A DNA stretch of 64,000 nt from a virus (taxonomy: Duplodnaviria; Caudoviricetes). Numbering within the stretch: the first letter of the stretch is position 1; each line of letters starts with the position of its first letter. Below the pieces are notes generated by a model. That model saw nothing but the letters and a program-made list of their open reading frames with translations. It was not told where the DNA came from and ran no database searches. The stretch is from the IMG/VR virus record IMGVR_UViG_3300035501_000922. The stretch is one strand, 5' to 3'. This document shows positions 1 through 10,098 of this stretch, piece after piece. The translations under genes and the position numbers were made by a program.

Positions 1-334
1 ATATAAGTTTGTTATCACTTATACAGTTTTGTTATAAACTTCTTCATGTTTCCATGAATGATAAGACTATATCTTCATCTTTATTTCTGTTACCAAAATA
101 TAGATGCCTACCATTTCCACTCTACTTAGAGTGTACTCTACTCACTTCCAGTTACCGTATTTCTCAAATAACCGTGTTTTCGATAGTCGTTGAACGTTCT
201 TCCATTAGGAAGCTTCGCTGCTGATTGTCTCTATTCATTAGATTATTACACTTTGGTACTAATGACCTAACGAGAGTTCCCAGCAATTAGATAGGTTGCA
301 ATAATACATCGCTGTATTACGACGCCATTAATTA
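1..334 (-). ncRNA. Group I intron (ORF-less, IA-like) interrupting the sigma-like gene; 3' end just outside window
   Basis: Minus strand shows P (AATTGCTGGGAACTC), Q (AATCAGCAGC), R (GTTCAACGACTA), S (AAGATATAGTC); P1 ACGU/GCGU with U.G at exon end; 5' junction uncertain by 1 nt. Confidence 0.88.
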
Positions 335-1170
335 ACGTAGCAGTAAAGTTTGTTGTACATATTAATTTCTTGTAATGCATAATACGTACCAGATTCAGTA
401 TAATAGTATGTCAGCCTTCTATCTGAACTTTTTACAGGAGTTAATTCTTTATTTTTAACGCCTTCATCAATAAATGATTGGGGCACATTATTATCAAGGA
501 TATTACCGTTTTCATCTTTGAGTTCGTACGTTGTTCCATAACCAAAAATCTTAAAAAGATCCTGATAGAATCTGAAGATAATATCTGTATCTTTACCAGC
601 TTTAATAACATTTAAAGCTAGATAATGAAATAATACAGGAGACATAATTTTCATACCGAAAGATATTCTTAAAAGAATCTTAATATGCTGATTGGTGAAT
701 TCAAGACTCTCCAAGTGTTTCTTTTCGTTTTTCATATATTTTTTCTTCTCTTCGCTGTCTCCCTCTATGTCATCAAGATAATTATCTTCGACCATACGAA
801 CTATCTTATCAACCATAGTTGGTGTAAAAATGACCTCATAGATAAAATCTATGAAAGCATTCATGTTTTCTTCGGTAAATCTTTTCTCCTTGTCAAGAGA
901 AAATTTCAACTTCAAATAAGCTGTTGCAAGCTCATTATCAGTATCATAAAGATTCATAAAGAAGTTAGTGTACTTGGTAATAATACCTAACTGATTCTCA
1001 TATGAACCCTTGTTTATAATAAACTTATTATAAACTCTCAGATTTGAATAACCAAATATCTTATCGAAATGACAAACAAAGAGCTTGCCATCAGGTTCGA
1101 CAAATACCTGATTTTTCTTTGGTTTCCAAGTGTTAATCTTGGATGTTTTACGTTGTTTTTCTTCCGCCAT
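335..1170 (-). CDS. Exon 1 of AR9 gp226-like sigma/promoter-specificity subunit of non-virion RNAP
   Basis: Motifs FDKIFG, YDTDNEL, MVEDNY, ESLEFT, MKIMSPVLFHY, YNKL recalled from AR9 gp226; two genes from a chaperonin as gp226/gp228 in AR9; early motif upstream. Confidence 0.7.
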
Positions 1171-1217
1171 GATGTTTACCCCTCCTGATTTATTATGAAA
1201 AGTTGATGTACGAAGAT

Positions 1218-1228
1218 ATAATATATAA
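1218..1228 (-). promoter_or_regulatory. Early-type promoter motif TTATATATTAT
   Basis: Same motif recurs upstream of about 10 genes; resembles phiKZ-group early promoter motifs. Confidence 0.6.
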
Positions 1229-1250
1229 GCAAAAGATCAATTTAATAAAA

Positions 1251-2057
1251 TTACCCTTTCCTTTTTGTACTCTTCCTAGCAACTTTTTTAGTAATTCTAT
1301 GCCCACCAGTAATTTTTACAGTACGATGTACTGACCTATTACCATTCCGTGAAGTAGACGTACTTGCAGATATTCTATGAAGATCTGATAGTCTCTTTTG
1401 TGTTCTCTTTCTTTCAGCATTATTTTTGTTTTCAATATCTCTTTTAAGCTTTCTCTCAGTATTTAATAAATCATGGTCAAACTTAACAGATTTGAAATCG
1501 CTGATATCAGAGAAGAATTTTTCAGGTGTTTTCTTTTTTTGTAAAAGAATACCGAACTTACTTAAATACCTGAATCGACCATCAGATAGAAACTTGCATG
1601 CGAAGTAAATAGACTTATCGTATGAAAGAATCATATCCGAATTGGTCTTCTCAGGCATTACATCCTTGTAATCAGAGTCTAACTTATCATATAAATCTTT
1701 AATCAAGTAATCTTCTTTCTTATATAGGGCGGCATATTTATAAATAAATCCGGGGCTATTAGAAAAGAACTGCATATAATATGCACGTAAGCTATTGGTT
1801 AATTCGAGCTCAGGTTTATCAGTAAAGAGTCTAATTACTACATCATATTCATAACGTCCATCTTTTTGAGATTCGGACGGTACTTTAACATGAATATAGT
1901 AGGATTTTTCAATAACTGTATATCCTGCAATATAAATTTTATTCGATTTAACAAACTCATTATACAATTTTTCATACTTAGTATTTTTTTGCATAGAGTC
2001 CGTTCTACCGAAAGGAGCCCACATAAAATCACTTATAGTCTGGTATTTTTTAGACAT
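1251..2057 (-). CDS. Hypothetical jumbo-phage protein with basic C-terminal tail
   Basis: 268-aa ORF, GAAAGGAG RBS. Confidence 0.75.
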   Translation of the reverse strand: MSKKYQTISDFMWAPFGRTDSMQKNTKYEKLYNEFVKSNKIYIAGYTVIEKSYYIHVKVPSESQKDGRYEYDVVIRLFTDKPELELTNSLRAYYMQFFSNSPGFIYKYAALYKKEDYLIKDLYDKLDSDYKDVMPEKTNSDMILSYDKSIYFACKFLSDGRFRYLSKFGILLQKKKTPEKFFSDISDFKSVKFDHDLLNTERKLKRDIENKNNAERKRTQKRLSDLHRISASTSTSRNGNRSVHRTVKITGGHRITKKVARKSTKRKG

Positions 2058-2078
2058 GATAAATCAGACTCCTTTCAA

Positions 2079-4118
2079 TTAAAAATTATGCTTTTGTGTT
2101 ACAACCATCTGGTTTCCTGTAATAAGGAGAGAAATTAAATCAATTGTAGCTTTAAGAATCTCCTCATCCGTTTGTGCACTGTTAATAACGTTATTGGTAA
2201 ATGACTTAGTAGATACATCAAAAACACAACCATTTGCAACGGAATAATTAATAATAATATCGTGCAAAGATGTTGTAACTGTTTTATCTGTTGAATGAAT
2301 CTTTTCTATAGCATTATTGAATGATTCGTAATCTTTAAAAATCTGCTTAAACAAAGGAAGCTTATTAAAAAGATCTTCAGGAATAGTTCCATCAACTAAC
2401 TCAATTTCAATATCGTTAAATGCATTTGACAATACGGTACGATATACATCTTCAAATCCACCTTGAAGAATTTCGTATAAAGTTCTTGTCACATCATCAT
2501 AGTCACAACAAACTCTTTTATCAATAGCTCTTAAAAGGTCTACATTACAACCATTAACTACGCCATGATTGAATGCGGATGCAGCAGCCTTTATAGCATC
2601 ATCAACCGCATCTTTCAGTAACTTCTGGGAAAGTTCACTATCGGCTCCGACCTCGATAATACCCATTTTTAAGTTAAGTGAATAGAAGCGTTCTTGTGCC
2701 TGACTAACTTCAAGATTAAATGTACCAAGTTTCTGATATTTTGCTTCTGTCTCAGCAAGTGTATCTTTAGCATCTTTATATATAACATCAAATCTCTTTT
2801 CATCATATACAAAGCTGCCAAATACTGATGACTTCAGTCCAATCGAGCAATCCTTAACGTATCCAAGTCGAATCGGATTTTCTATAAGGTCAGGTAATCT
2901 ATAACCTTCAGGGAGCTCTTCTTGACCATAAGTAAAATTACTAGCAGTCAATGAACCAGCATTGTCATGAAGAATCATACACTTTGTACCCTGTATTTCT
3001 CGATTATGAATATTAAAGATTTCCCAAATATATCTACCATTATCGTACTCTTCAAAAATAGTCCTTTCAATAGGTCTATCAATAATAAGAGTATTAGTCA
3101 ATACTGCAAAATCTTCAATCAATCTTCTTGCATGAGCAGAAGTAGACTTATAGGTTGTTAAAACCATATTAATATCCTTATTCTTCTGGTACTCATTGTT
3201 TAAGTCACGAGCAATTACTTGTCTTAAAGCAACCTCATCATATAAAGGTGCTGCAACAATGAGATGACGTCCCATGTACTTACTCTGTTCATTCAGAGGT
3301 TTGAGAATCTTCTCATATGTATCTTTCGTAACTTTTGTAGAGAATATTACAATGTCAGCGTCGGAAAGCTTCATTGTATCATCATCTGAATTTATGTATA
3401 ACTTATCGGTGAGCGTTAAGTCAAACTTATAGCCATCAATAAGTCTTTTCTTTGTAATTCCATCAGGAGCAAGCATACAGCTGATAGCAGGACAACCAAG
3501 TTCCTTATATAAGTCAGATATATATTCTGTTATTTCTTCATCACCATTACTAGAGATATAAACAACATCGTAGATATTTTTATATAAAGTTTCAGGGTCA
3601 TCACTGCGAATTACTCTTACATATTCTTGTAAGTCTTTAACAAGGTCTTCCTTGATTTTATTATACTTCTTGATAATATCTCTAGGAAGGATGGAATGAT
3701 TATTTAACCAATCCCTTCTTTCAATGTAATTCTGATAAATGCTATTTGTTGCAATTACTGCAGATGTTGTTCCATCACCAACTGAATAATTCAAACGTCC
3801 GCATATATCAGCTGCCATGTCGGCAATTGCTTGGTCAACGAGTGTTTCAGACGCATCCATTGAAAGATTTTTCATGATTGTATATCCGTCTTTAGTCACA
3901 TGGCTCCACGGATAATTATAAATTAACGTGGGTGCACCATAAGGACCAAAAGATTTAGATAGAGTTTTCCAAAGAAGATGAAAAACCTTCTGGATTCTCT
4001 CTTCAAACTCTTCCTTGGAAATTACATTAACGGCAGGATCCTTCTTGAATCTTCTACCATCTTCAGAACTCATATCGGTACCGACGTTGAGTTCTTTAAC
4101 TTCACCATTGTTTGCCAT
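2079..4118 (-). CDS. groEL: Phage chaperonin (GroEL-like)
   Basis: SFGPYG, TKDGYT, GDGTTSA ATP-binding motif, DAVDDAIKAA, GVVNG; start moved to MANNG after RBS. Confidence 0.92.
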   Translation of the reverse strand: MANNGEVKELNVGTDMSSEDGRRFKKDPAVNVISKEEFEERIQKVFHLLWKTLSKSFGPYGAPTLIYNYPWSHVTKDGYTIMKNLSMDASETLVDQAIADMAADICGRLNYSVGDGTTSAVIATNSIYQNYIERRDWLNNHSILPRDIIKKYNKIKEDLVKDLQEYVRVIRSDDPETLYKNIYDVVYISSNGDEEITEYISDLYKELGCPAISCMLAPDGITKKRLIDGYKFDLTLTDKLYINSDDDTMKLSDADIVIFSTKVTKDTYEKILKPLNEQSKYMGRHLIVAAPLYDEVALRQVIARDLNNEYQKNKDINMVLTTYKSTSAHARRLIEDFAVLTNTLIIDRPIERTIFEEYDNGRYIWEIFNIHNREIQGTKCMILHDNAGSLTASNFTYGQEELPEGYRLPDLIENPIRLGYVKDCSIGLKSSVFGSFVYDEKRFDVIYKDAKDTLAETEAKYQKLGTFNLEVSQAQERFYSLNLKMGIIEVGADSELSQKLLKDAVDDAIKAAASAFNHGVVNGCNVDLLRAIDKRVCCDYDDVTRTLYEILQGGFEDVYRTVLSNAFNDIEIELVDGTIPEDLFNKLPLFKQIFKDYESFNNAIEKIHSTDKTVTTSLHDIIINYSVANGCVFDVSTKSFTNNVINSAQTDEEILKATIDLISLLITGNQMVVTQKHNF

Positions 4119-4143
4119 AAATAAATCTCCCTTCAAAAAATGT

Positions 4144-4155
4144 TAGAAAACTGTT
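4144..4155 (-). promoter_or_regulatory. Late-type promoter AACA-N6-TA
   Basis: AACAGTTTTCTA upstream of chaperonin; matches AR9 late consensus. Confidence 0.65.
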
Positions 4156-4172
4156 GTGAGCAATATGCTATT

Positions 4173-4883
4173 CTAGTTCAATCGTGTTATGTCGAAGAAA
4201 TCATATTTAAATACATACTCTTTACTAAGCTTTCCAAAATCAACTTTATAATTATCCTTGTCTATCATATTATACCTATAACCATTAGGTATTAATACGG
4301 ATGCACATTTAAGTTTTCCAGTTTCAGCTAAGATATTAATTTTATTAATATCCGAAAAAACAAATGTTGAATCATTCGGAATCTTAGCAATAACACTTCG
4401 AAAATCACCACATACAAATTCAGCTTTCTTTCCGTATAAACGAGTTATATCACTTCTAATAAATGGATTATCATCTTTATCATATATGACAACACGCTTT
4501 ATCAGTTTTTCTTGTGCTACAGCAAGTCTTATAACATCAGCAAAACTTAATTCTGAATTAATAGTAAAAAACTCATCAGTTGCATGTAAATAATTTCTCA
4601 ATAAATCATCATGAAAACCCTCAGGTATTTTTTCAACAGGGATACGAATTGGTAAATCTTTAAAGAAGTTTATATGTCTTCTATTGATGTACCATTCGAA
4701 TAATGATGGGGTATCTAACATTTTTATTTCGGTAGTATCAAAAATATTCTCAATATTATCATTGTCTTTAAGAGCTACGAGTAACACAAACATTGGCATT
4801 TTAATAACATCGTGGTACTCTACAAATAAACACTGAGAATTATAGAATATTGTGTCTTTGGTAACATACACATGCTTTTCCAT
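4173..4883 (-). CDS. Hypothetical protein
   Basis: 236-aa ORF with AAGGAG RBS. Confidence 0.75.
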   Translation of the reverse strand: MEKHVYVTKDTIFYNSQCLFVEYHDVIKMPMFVLLVALKDNDNIENIFDTTEIKMLDTPSLFEWYINRRHINFFKDLPIRIPVEKIPEGFHDDLLRNYLHATDEFFTINSELSFADVIRLAVAQEKLIKRVVIYDKDDNPFIRSDITRLYGKKAEFVCGDFRSVIAKIPNDSTFVFSDINKINILAETGKLKCASVLIPNGYRYNMIDKDNYKVDFGKLSKEYVFKYDFFDITRLN

Positions 4884-4908
4884 AAATATTTCTCCTTTTA
4901 TAAATATA

Positions 4909-4942
4909 AAACAGCGAATTAGATTTCTCTAATTCGCTGTTT
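4909..4942 (-). terminator. Intrinsic terminator
   Basis: 15-bp perfect stem AAACAGCGAATTAGA/TCTAATTCGCTGTTT. Confidence 0.7.
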
Positions 4943-4947
4943 AACCA

Positions 4948-5649
4948 TTATGACATTGGTAAGAAATCACTCATGTCTCCGCTATAAGTATTAGTCGGGG
5001 CAGAGTAGTTATTATTACCAGAGCCATATGATGTATTCTGGTTATTATTCCTATATAATGCTTTATTAGCATTGGAATAATTAATTGAATGTGCAGTCAT
5101 AGGTACAAGGGACTGACAACCTTCAATTTTTTTCATGAAATTGTACAGGTCAGCTTCAACAGGAACTTCAGTTCCAGCACCTGTAATATAGTTATACCCA
5201 GTCATAAAGCTCTTCTTATTAAACTTATGTCTGAGAACATTTTCTTCATTAGTGACACCATCTTCATTTAAAGCCGTTGCAATTTCGAGATAAGCATCTT
5301 TTCCATCATAATAAATAGAAAGAGCTTTACGATTCTCATTATTTCCGATAGAAATTGTAACCTTTGCTTCAGTTGAATTTTCGATGGCAGGTTTAATTTC
5401 CTTATTAAAACCTTCAAACAGTGCAATTGCATTTTCTTCTCGTATTGATGTATTAATCTGCTGTGAAATTTCAGTTGCATATTGTGTTACACCGGTAGAA
5501 TCCTTGCCAACTGCAGGCTGTAGTTTAATTGATAAATTCCTATTCCAACCACCAACACTTAAAAGTGATGTATCGGAATACGATGTGTAAAATGAAGTAT
5601 TAATATTAACCCCATTTCCATTGTTATTCTGTCTTCTCGCGAACATCAT
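4948..5649 (-). CDS. Putative single-stranded DNA-binding protein
   Basis: Beta-rich core, N/S/G-rich linker and acidic-hydrophobic tip (GDMSDFLPMS) like SSB tails. Confidence 0.45.
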   Translation of the reverse strand: MMFARRQNNNGNGVNINTSFYTSYSDTSLLSVGGWNRNLSIKLQPAVGKDSTGVTQYATEISQQINTSIREENAIALFEGFNKEIKPAIENSTEAKVTISIGNNENRKALSIYYDGKDAYLEIATALNEDGVTNEENVLRHKFNKKSFMTGYNYITGAGTEVPVEADLYNFMKKIEGCQSLVPMTAHSINYSNANKALYRNNNQNTSYGSGNNNYSAPTNTYSGDMSDFLPMS

Positions 5650-5696
5650 AGTCAAAAGACTCCTTTCAAAATATAATTGTTTTTTATTACTAAAGA

Positions 5697-6482
5697 TTAT
5701 TCATCTGTAGTTTCAATATTGTTTTCCTCATTATTCTTTTTCCTTTTGGGATAATTCTTTAATATTTTATTTCGTATCTTTGATTCTAATTCAACAAAGA
5801 AGTTTTCATCAATCATTTTAATATAGTCTTGAATAAAATTACCTGTTATTAAGAATTCATCAAATTTCTCTTCTACAAATTCTGTTTCAAGACAATTACT
5901 ATCTGATTTGATTAATTCAAAGAAATCATCAACTGTTAATTCTTGAGATAGAATATAACGAATTACTGAACCTAGATTAGAAAGAATGATTACATCATTT
6001 TCATCATTAATTTCAACTTTGAAATTAAGTGTAGTAACATCCCTTTTCTTAGGTGCAATCTCTTCGTCAACAAGTTCTTCTTTATGCTCATTAATATAAT
6101 TTATTATTAATGTGACAAAGTTCTTTTTTATATTCTTAATGAAGAATCTATATGTTAAAAGAATTAGTTCATGTTGGTCATCATCTTCTGCATCTTCAAT
6201 ATCAGGAAAACCTATAGAGAGATAGGTATCAAAAATATTAATAATAAACTTAATAAATTGGTCATGCATCTGCTCTAAGTTTTCTTGTTCTTCTTCATAT
6301 AAATTCTCTTTACTAAAATCATATTTGGTAATAAATGTTTGTATATAATCTTTTTTTCGATATTCTAGTGGATCTTGAAATTGTGATTCAATTGCTTTTT
6401 CTAATAAATTTAACGGAACCTCTGATAAAAAAAGTTCGTCCTCAATATCAGTAGGCTCGTATTCAAATTCTGTATTCCACAC
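5697..6482 (-). CDS. Hypothetical acidic protein
   Basis: 261-aa ORF, GTG start with GAAAGGAG RBS. Confidence 0.75.
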   Translation of the reverse strand: MWNTEFEYEPTDIEDELFLSEVPLNLLEKAIESQFQDPLEYRKKDYIQTFITKYDFSKENLYEEEQENLEQMHDQFIKFIINIFDTYLSIGFPDIEDAEDDDQHELILLTYRFFIKNIKKNFVTLIINYINEHKEELVDEEIAPKKRDVTTLNFKVEINDENDVIILSNLGSVIRYILSQELTVDDFFELIKSDSNCLETEFVEEKFDEFLITGNFIQDYIKMIDENFFVELESKIRNKILKNYPKRKKNNEENNIETTDE

Positions 6483-6516
6483 AACGTAAAACTCCTTTCA
6501 GATTAAAGTTTCCTCT

Positions 6517-6906
6517 TTATAAAAATTTCGGCTCATTTAAAGCTTTAACTTTAAGTTCACATTGATATTGAAAATCACATTCATTATCGCAACCACATGA
6601 ACTGGTTTCTGTTTTTTCAGGATTTTGTGGACATGTGTTATATAAACCACAGTTAGTATGAGGACAGTAAGACTCACGTATACATTTCTGTGATCCTGCA
6701 TGAAGTTTATGGTTTATATAATCTAGACTTGTAGTCTGGGTAAACTGTGGATATATAAATGTTACTGTTCTGCCACAATTACAACAACGTAATGTATGAC
6801 CTACTACGTTATTAAGATTATCAATAATATCAGTGTAAAGTTTATTTTTACAACCACAGTAATGACATTTCTCAAGCATCGTTTCCGAACGTGCAAATTC
6901 TCTCAT
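6517..6906 (-). CDS. Cys-rich zinc-ribbon protein
   Basis: CHYC...CCNC and further Cys clusters; RBS; GACA-N6-TA upstream. Confidence 0.65.
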   Translation of the reverse strand: MREFARSETMLEKCHYCGCKNKLYTDIIDNLNNVVGHTLRCCNCGRTVTFIYPQFTQTTSLDYINHKLHAGSQKCIRESYCPHTNCGLYNTCPQNPEKTETSSCGCDNECDFQYQCELKVKALNEPKFL

Positions 6907-6974
6907 TTAAAAGCACTCCTTTAAATAAAAATTTTTATTTAATTGTCGTTCTATCCGTAAAATGAGTCTTTTCA

Positions 6975-6986
6975 TTTATATATTAT
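6975..6986 (+). promoter_or_regulatory. Early-type promoter motif
   Basis: TTTATATATTAT heading the LRR region. Confidence 0.6.
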
Positions 6987-7093
6987 TTTCGTGTAATTGA
7001 ATAAGAAATAGAGAAATTCGATTATACATAAATAAAATAGGTCGCCTGAACCTAGTCAAAAGAAAGGCATTTAAAATACTGGGAGGTATTTTT

Positions 7094-7495
7094 ATGGCAA
7101 AATTTATTTGGAACACCTGGAACACCCGAAGAAAATTCAAGTCTGCGGTCAAAAGTGCACGAAAGACCGCACAAAAAAAGAATAAGCATGACGAGGCTAC
7201 AAGATGGCTTGTATTATTTAAACAAGCTGTGGCTGTCGAAGACAAATTTGATGCTGACGATGCATTGGAAAAAGTGTTCGACGATATACTCAAAACACAC
7301 TTTATTTGGTATGAGCTGTATGGATATGAGTTGAGAGAAATGTTTGAATTAATGGATTCATTTTATGAAGTTCTGTTAGAAGCCCACAATGAAGAGGGTT
7401 TCCTCAGTGACAGTGAAATGGAAGACGTACGACAGCTATGGATGGATGACGGAGGACTAAGAATAGCAGCATCCATATTATGCTGTAAGGCATAA
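7094..7495 (+). CDS. Hypothetical early protein
   Basis: 133-aa ORF, GGGAGG RBS. Confidence 0.75.
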   Translation: MAKFIWNTWNTRRKFKSAVKSARKTAQKKNKHDEATRWLVLFKQAVAVEDKFDADDALEKVFDDILKTHFIWYELYGYELREMFELMDSFYEVLLEAHNEEGFLSDSEMEDVRQLWMDDGGLRIAASILCCKA

Positions 7496-7514
7496 TATAA
7501 TGAAAGGAGTAATT

Positions 7515-8189
7515 ATGAAAATCGAAAATAACATTATTATTGACTGTCCCGACAAAACCATCACTGAGGCGGTCATTCCTGACACTATAAGAGCTATCAG
7601 ACCGTATGCATTTTGCAAGTGCGTGTCACTTAAGAAAATCGCGTTTTCAGATAGCGTAAAATTTATTAAAAGTGCCGCATTTATGGGTTGCACTTCACTG
7701 GAGAGTGTGGTGCTACCTAAAAATCTAAAAAGGATTGAATCATACACATTTCAGTACTGCTCATCGCTTGAGAAAGTTATAATATCAAATAGCGTAACAA
7801 GCATTGGTGATTCGGCATTCAATAACTGCTCCTCACTTGAGGAGATCATAATCCCGAATAGTGTAACAAGCATTGGGGAGTTTGCATTTTGCAAGTGTGG
7901 ATCACTTAAGGGAATCACGCTTTCAGATAGCCTTGCAGTAATCGGTGAACACACGTTCAGTGAATGTGTGTCTCTTAAGGGAATCACAATCCCTGATAGC
8001 GTCGAAGTAATAGGCTATGGCGCTTTTTACGAATGTTCATCACTGAAAAGTGTAATAATACCGAGCAGTGTAACAGTCATCAAAAGATTTGCGTTTCACA
8101 AATGCCCGATTGAAAGTGTCGTGGTTCCACGCGATACGATCATCGAATATGGTGCGTTTGATGAACGCACGAAAATAATCAGAGTATAA
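7515..8189 (+). CDS. BspA-type leucine-rich repeat protein 1
   Basis: 23-aa repeats LxxIxIPxSVxxIGxxAFxxCxx; no signal peptide. Confidence 0.92.
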   Translation: MKIENNIIIDCPDKTITEAVIPDTIRAIRPYAFCKCVSLKKIAFSDSVKFIKSAAFMGCTSLESVVLPKNLKRIESYTFQYCSSLEKVIISNSVTSIGDSAFNNCSSLEEIIIPNSVTSIGEFAFCKCGSLKGITLSDSLAVIGEHTFSECVSLKGITIPDSVEVIGYGAFYECSSLKSVIIPSSVTVIKRFAFHKCPIESVVVPRDTIIEYGAFDERTKIIRV

Positions 8190-8195
8190 AAATTA

Positions 8196-8229
8196 AGGTC
8201 GGCGGTTCATCTGCCGACCTTATTTTTTT
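8196..8229 (+). terminator. Intrinsic terminator
   Basis: AAGGTCGGCGG/CTGCCGACCTT stem plus T-run. Confidence 0.8.
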
Positions 8230-8304
8230 CATATATTTATACATTATTTTTTCATATCTCGATGACTACAAATTAAATAAACTAAATATGAAAGGAAGAT
8301 TAAT

Positions 8305-8736
8305 ATGAATGATATTCTAGAGATTAAGTCTGGGTTTCTCATTGCTTGTCATGATAAAGACATTAAGAGTATAGAAATACCCAGTACAGTAAAAGTAATT
8401 TGCAAAGGGGCATTTTTAAATTGTTCATCCCTCGAAAGTGTAACAATACCTCCCTCTGTAAATATTATTGGTGAGCTGGCGTTTTTATTTTGTACGTCCC
8501 TCTCAAGCATTGTAATACCTGGTTCAGTAAGAAGAATCAGTAACGGTGCATTTTCCAAATGTATATCCCTTAAATCTGTTGAAATCTGTAGTGGAGTAAC
8601 AAGTATCGGTATACGTGCATTTATTGGTTGTACATCATTATCATCAATTGTAATACCCGAAAGTGTTACAAGTATCGGCGAACACGCATTTGACAAGAAT
8701 ACTGTACAGTATAGATATTTTAGTACATTACGATAG
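8305..8736 (+). CDS. BspA-type LRR protein 2
   Basis: 23-aa LRR_5 repeats; own early motif at 8236-8247. Confidence 0.9.
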   Translation: MNDILEIKSGFLIACHDKDIKSIEIPSTVKVICKGAFLNCSSLESVTIPPSVNIIGELAFLFCTSLSSIVIPGSVRRISNGAFSKCISLKSVEICSGVTSIGIRAFIGCTSLSSIVIPESVTSIGEHAFDKNTVQYRYFSTLR

Positions 8737-8739
8737 ACA

Positions 8740-8774
8740 AAAAAGACTGTGATTTCGTATCACAGTCTTTTTTT
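8740..8774 (+). terminator. Intrinsic terminator
   Basis: AAAAAAGACTGTGAT/ATCACAGTCTTTTTT. Confidence 0.8.
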
Positions 8775-8820
8775 ATCCGTAAAATGGGTCTTTATATTTA
8801 TACATTATTTATGTGTAAAA

Positions 8821-8864
8821 CAATAACTGAGTCAGCTGTAAAGACCTTAAAACAGAGAAGGAGT
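8821..8864 (+). repeat. LRR-array leader repeat copy 1 (divergent)
   Basis: GTCAGCTG-TAAAGACCTTAAAACAGAGAAGGAGT. Confidence 0.8.
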
Positions 8865-8869
8865 ATATT

Positions 8870-9397
8870 ATGAATACAACAGTAGAAAATATGAAAATTG
8901 AAGAAGGCGTTCTTGTTGAATGCCTTGATAAAACCGTTACAGAGGTTTCAATACCTGAAAATGTAAAGGAAATTGGTGCCAATGCATTTTATGGCTGTGA
9001 CAGGTTAAAAACTGTCATAATACCCGAGGGTATAACAGTAATTGGTAGAGGGGCATTCTCGCGTTGCAGTTCTCTCTCAGAGGTTTCAATTCCTAGTAGC
9101 GTTGAATATATTGGTGTAAGTGCATTCATGCGTTGTGGTAACTTAAAATCTATTACAATACCTAAAGGAGTAATAAGTATCGGACCTGCTGCATTCTTAC
9201 ATTGTGACTCCCTTTCAGAGGTTTTAATACCTGAGGGGGTTGAGTATATTGGAACTAATGCATTCTTAAGTTGTCCGAACCTCAAGACAGTAAGAATACC
9301 CAAGACGGTAACGAAACTTGGTATGGCTGTATTTAATAATGGTACCAAAATCATTTGTTGCCATGAGTTTGATAGCTTTGGCCATCCTAAGATATAA
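8870..9397 (+). CDS. BspA-type LRR protein 3
   Basis: IEEGVLVEC N-cap plus LRR_5 repeats. Confidence 0.92.
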   Translation: MNTTVENMKIEEGVLVECLDKTVTEVSIPENVKEIGANAFYGCDRLKTVIIPEGITVIGRGAFSRCSSLSEVSIPSSVEYIGVSAFMRCGNLKSITIPKGVISIGPAAFLHCDSLSEVLIPEGVEYIGTNAFLSCPNLKTVRIPKTVTKLGMAVFNNGTKIICCHEFDSFGHPKI

Positions 9398-9440
9398 TAA
9401 TTAAGTCAGCTGGTTAAAGACTTTAAAACAGAGAAGGAGT
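9395..9440 (+). repeat. LRR-array leader repeat copy 2
   Basis: TAATAATTAAGTCAGCTGGTTAAAGACTTTAAAACAGAGAAGGAGT. Confidence 0.9.
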
Positions 9441-9446
9441 TACAAT

Positions 9447-10040
9447 ATGAGTGAAATTCTGTGCATTGAGAATGGTGTTCTCATCAAATGCCTAGACAAA
9501 ACCGTTACGGAAATAGTCATTCCTGAAGGGGTGACTAGAATTGGTATCGCGGCATTCGAGGACTGCGATAGGTTAACAAATGTCACAATGCCTAAGAGTA
9601 TGACAGTGATTGATGGATGGGCATTTAGGTATTGCAGTTCTCTCTCAGAGATTTCAATACCTAAAAAGGTGACAGAGATTCGTGATGCTGCCTTCTATGG
9701 CTGCGAATCTTTGACAAAGATATCAATACCTAAAGGGGTGGCAGTGATTTCTCGCAACACATTTTATGGGTGCATTAGGTTAAAAACTGTCGTAATACCT
9801 AAGAGTGTGAGATTAATTGGCGGAAGTGCATTCGAACATTGTAGTTCTCTTAGTTCCGTCAGAATACCTGAAGGGGTTGAGGGTATTGGGATTCGTGCAT
9901 TTTTAGATTGCCCAAATATCAAATCAATTAAAATACCTAATAGTGTAAAGACACTTGGAGGAGATGCATTTAATAGAGGCACGAAAGTCATTCGTGTGCA
10001 TGAATTTGATGGCATTGGATGGCAAAAAATGCTGGATTAA
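9447..10040 (+). CDS. BspA-type LRR protein 4
   Basis: IENGVLIKC N-cap plus LRR_5 repeats. Confidence 0.92.
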   Translation: MSEILCIENGVLIKCLDKTVTEIVIPEGVTRIGIAAFEDCDRLTNVTMPKSMTVIDGWAFRYCSSLSEISIPKKVTEIRDAAFYGCESLTKISIPKGVAVISRNTFYGCIRLKTVVIPKSVRLIGGSAFEHCSSLSSVRIPEGVEGIGIRAFLDCPNIKSIKIPNSVKTLGGDAFNRGTKVIRVHEFDGIGWQKMLD

Positions 10041-10044
10041 GATA

Positions 10045-10092
10045 TAATAATCAAGTCAGCTGGTTAAAGACTTTAAAACAGAGAAATGGAGT
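10045..10092 (+). repeat. LRR-array leader repeat copy 3
   Basis: TAATAATCAAGTCAGCTGGTTAAAGACTTTAAAACAGAGAAATGGAGT. Confidence 0.9.
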
Positions 10093-10098
10093 TTTATT

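Noticed and set aside
9-224. 71-aa plus-strand ORF
   Set aside because: Antisense to the group I intron core
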